Virus record (IMG/VR): IMGVR_UViG_3300034683_000273
DNA: 25,790 nt
Origin: an uncultured virus (IMG/VR IMGVR_UViG_3300034683_000273)
Lineage: Duplodnaviria > Heunggongvirae > Uroviricota > Caudoviricetes
Strand: one strand, 5' to 3'
The notes below the pieces were generated by a model that did no database searches, had not been told where the DNA came from, and saw nothing but the letters and a program-made list of their open reading frames with translations. Both the position numbers and the translations under genes were made by a program. Shown in pieces: positions 25,501-25,790 of this stretch (positions are counted from its first letter, which is position 1; every line of letters starts with the position of its first letter).

Positions 25501-25672
25501 TTTGAACAATGAAGAAATCAGAGCAAAATTCGCCAACGTATTTATGACCGAGGTGTATCGCATTTTGCGTGGTCCTGTAACTACTGTAAACTATACTGAT
25601 ATCATTAACAGCACGCCTCTTTCAAAGGTAGCTGAAGATTCTGCCCCTTACGGCAACGATAAAAAAGACTAA
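22595..25672 (+). CDS. hsdR: Type I restriction endonuclease subunit R
   Basis: Nuclease VDLVLFLNGL...IELK; HSAGSGKT; DEAH; FTATP; KYQTGFDQP; QTLSRLNR. Confidence 0.96.
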   Translation: MPIKADQLREKEDYQKLIMERLHEDNDFRIRPNTAYKPGLAMDTEMLLEFLEDTQHDEMEHLRRMYKDRTEETVINYINAEINKESRGLIDVIKHGVEFDNGATLKLMYRKPDSTINTQAVANYKKNIFSVMEEVYHKADERVDLVLFLNGLAIFAIELKCNTSGQTYKDAIKQYKEERDATTRLFKTKVGVFAAFAMDLNEAYFTTELKGADTFFNPFNIGENFGKGNPHNEDGLNVSYMWENIWTKDKILFLIERFIYIKKKETRNADTGKIKKSKVLIFPRFHQLRAVERVMNDVIINHTSCNYLIEHSAGSGKTETISWLAHILATVHDANNDNVFDTVLIITDRIIVDRQLQEAILGIEHKSGQVKVMDDKCDSEDLAIALGGNTKIVVTTIHKFYYILNNNLLGDLKNKKFAVLIDEAHSSTEGVYMQSVTNVLTNEEDEEEKTEEDKMLEEIQKSGKQKNVSMIAFTATPKPDTLQLFGTLNAEGKKESFDLYSMKQAIEEGYILNVLDNYVTWKTYCHINKAIEGDPELQSIAAKRKMARFIDLHDTNIAQKVEIIIEHFRANVVGCLGGKAKAMVITSSRPAAVKYRQEFENYIQAKGYSGIKALVAFSGKVKLNDTEYTEPVMNGFKEEELRYEFDRSCYQVLIVADKYQTGFDQPKLVAMYVDKRLRGVQAVQTLSRLNRICPPYDKTTFVLDFKNSYDDIKAAFEPYYKDTVLFETISPSDIRDLDREIDAYEFLDADDIDEFNTYLYKENRTSKDKQRMWALLDSALKLITKRPELEQMEIKITIRRFLKGYCFLIQATAYENLEFHKRYNFLSYLIKELNPGGGGNNFDIADKITVSDFRQKQMEKHEGEEIEAKPEVKIKKPKPASIEEEQKKLLSQIIDEVNALYDKDYEPDFTTKAAMQIRDLLLKNPTLKDRLEKSAKNNTLSEFKFTYDDCVQDALVEGYDHNVDFYTLLLNNEEIRAKFANVFMTEVYRILRGPVTTVNYTDIINSTPLSKVAEDSAPYGNDKKD

Positions 25673-25686
25673 CAGGAGGAATTCAT

Positions 25687-25790
25687 ATGGCCAAAAATCC
25701 ATTTATGCACTTTGTTCAAGATTTGGAAAAAGAGGCCGAAGACTTCCTGCGTAAGTACGAATGCGCCGATGCTATAGACACTCCGAGATG
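25687..25790 (+). CDS. Partial CDS; possible ImmA/IrrE-family metallopeptidase N-terminus
   Basis: RBS AGGAGG; MAKNPFMHFVQDLEKEAEDFLRKYECADAIDTPR... The CDS itself is well supported. The family guess rests only on the DLE..A..FL..Y....A...P pattern; HEXXH is not within the window. Confidence 0.55.
   Translation, partial: MAKNPFMHFVQDLEKEAEDFLRKYECADAIDTPR

Overview
The left ~18.6 kb (minus strand) is part of a Firmicutes (Clostridia-like) temperate-phage-type element. Right to left it carries a sigma70-region-4 regulator; a replication block (DUF2800 Cas4-like nuclease, DUF2815 SSB-like protein, family A DNA polymerase, antirepressor, VirE-type primase/helicase with a probable origin, VRR-NUC, SNF2 helicase); a RinA/ArpU-like late activator; HNH; a probable cos region; and TerS. 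A ~5.7 kb insert follows (short SAM synthetase, ParB-fused amino-MTase, large C5 cytosine MTase, four small genes), then the 5' end of TerL, which the ORF track misses. The right ~7 kb (plus strand) is a divergent operon: orphan Phd/YefM-like gene, complete Type I RM system (hsdM-hsdS-hsdR), and the start of a possible ImmA/IrrE-like gene. The most striking observation is the C5 MTase locus. A 130-aa +1-frame gene with its own strong RBS is nested inside it and resembles the beta subunit of heterodimeric M.EcoHK31I, and it ends where an array of about seven T-L/V-containing TRD-like modules begins. Also notable: a twice-repeated 43-bp promoter-like motif, a structured attenuator-like leader, and a divergent control region with paired palindromic operators. 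Family assignments rest on recognised motifs and gene order, not on database searches.
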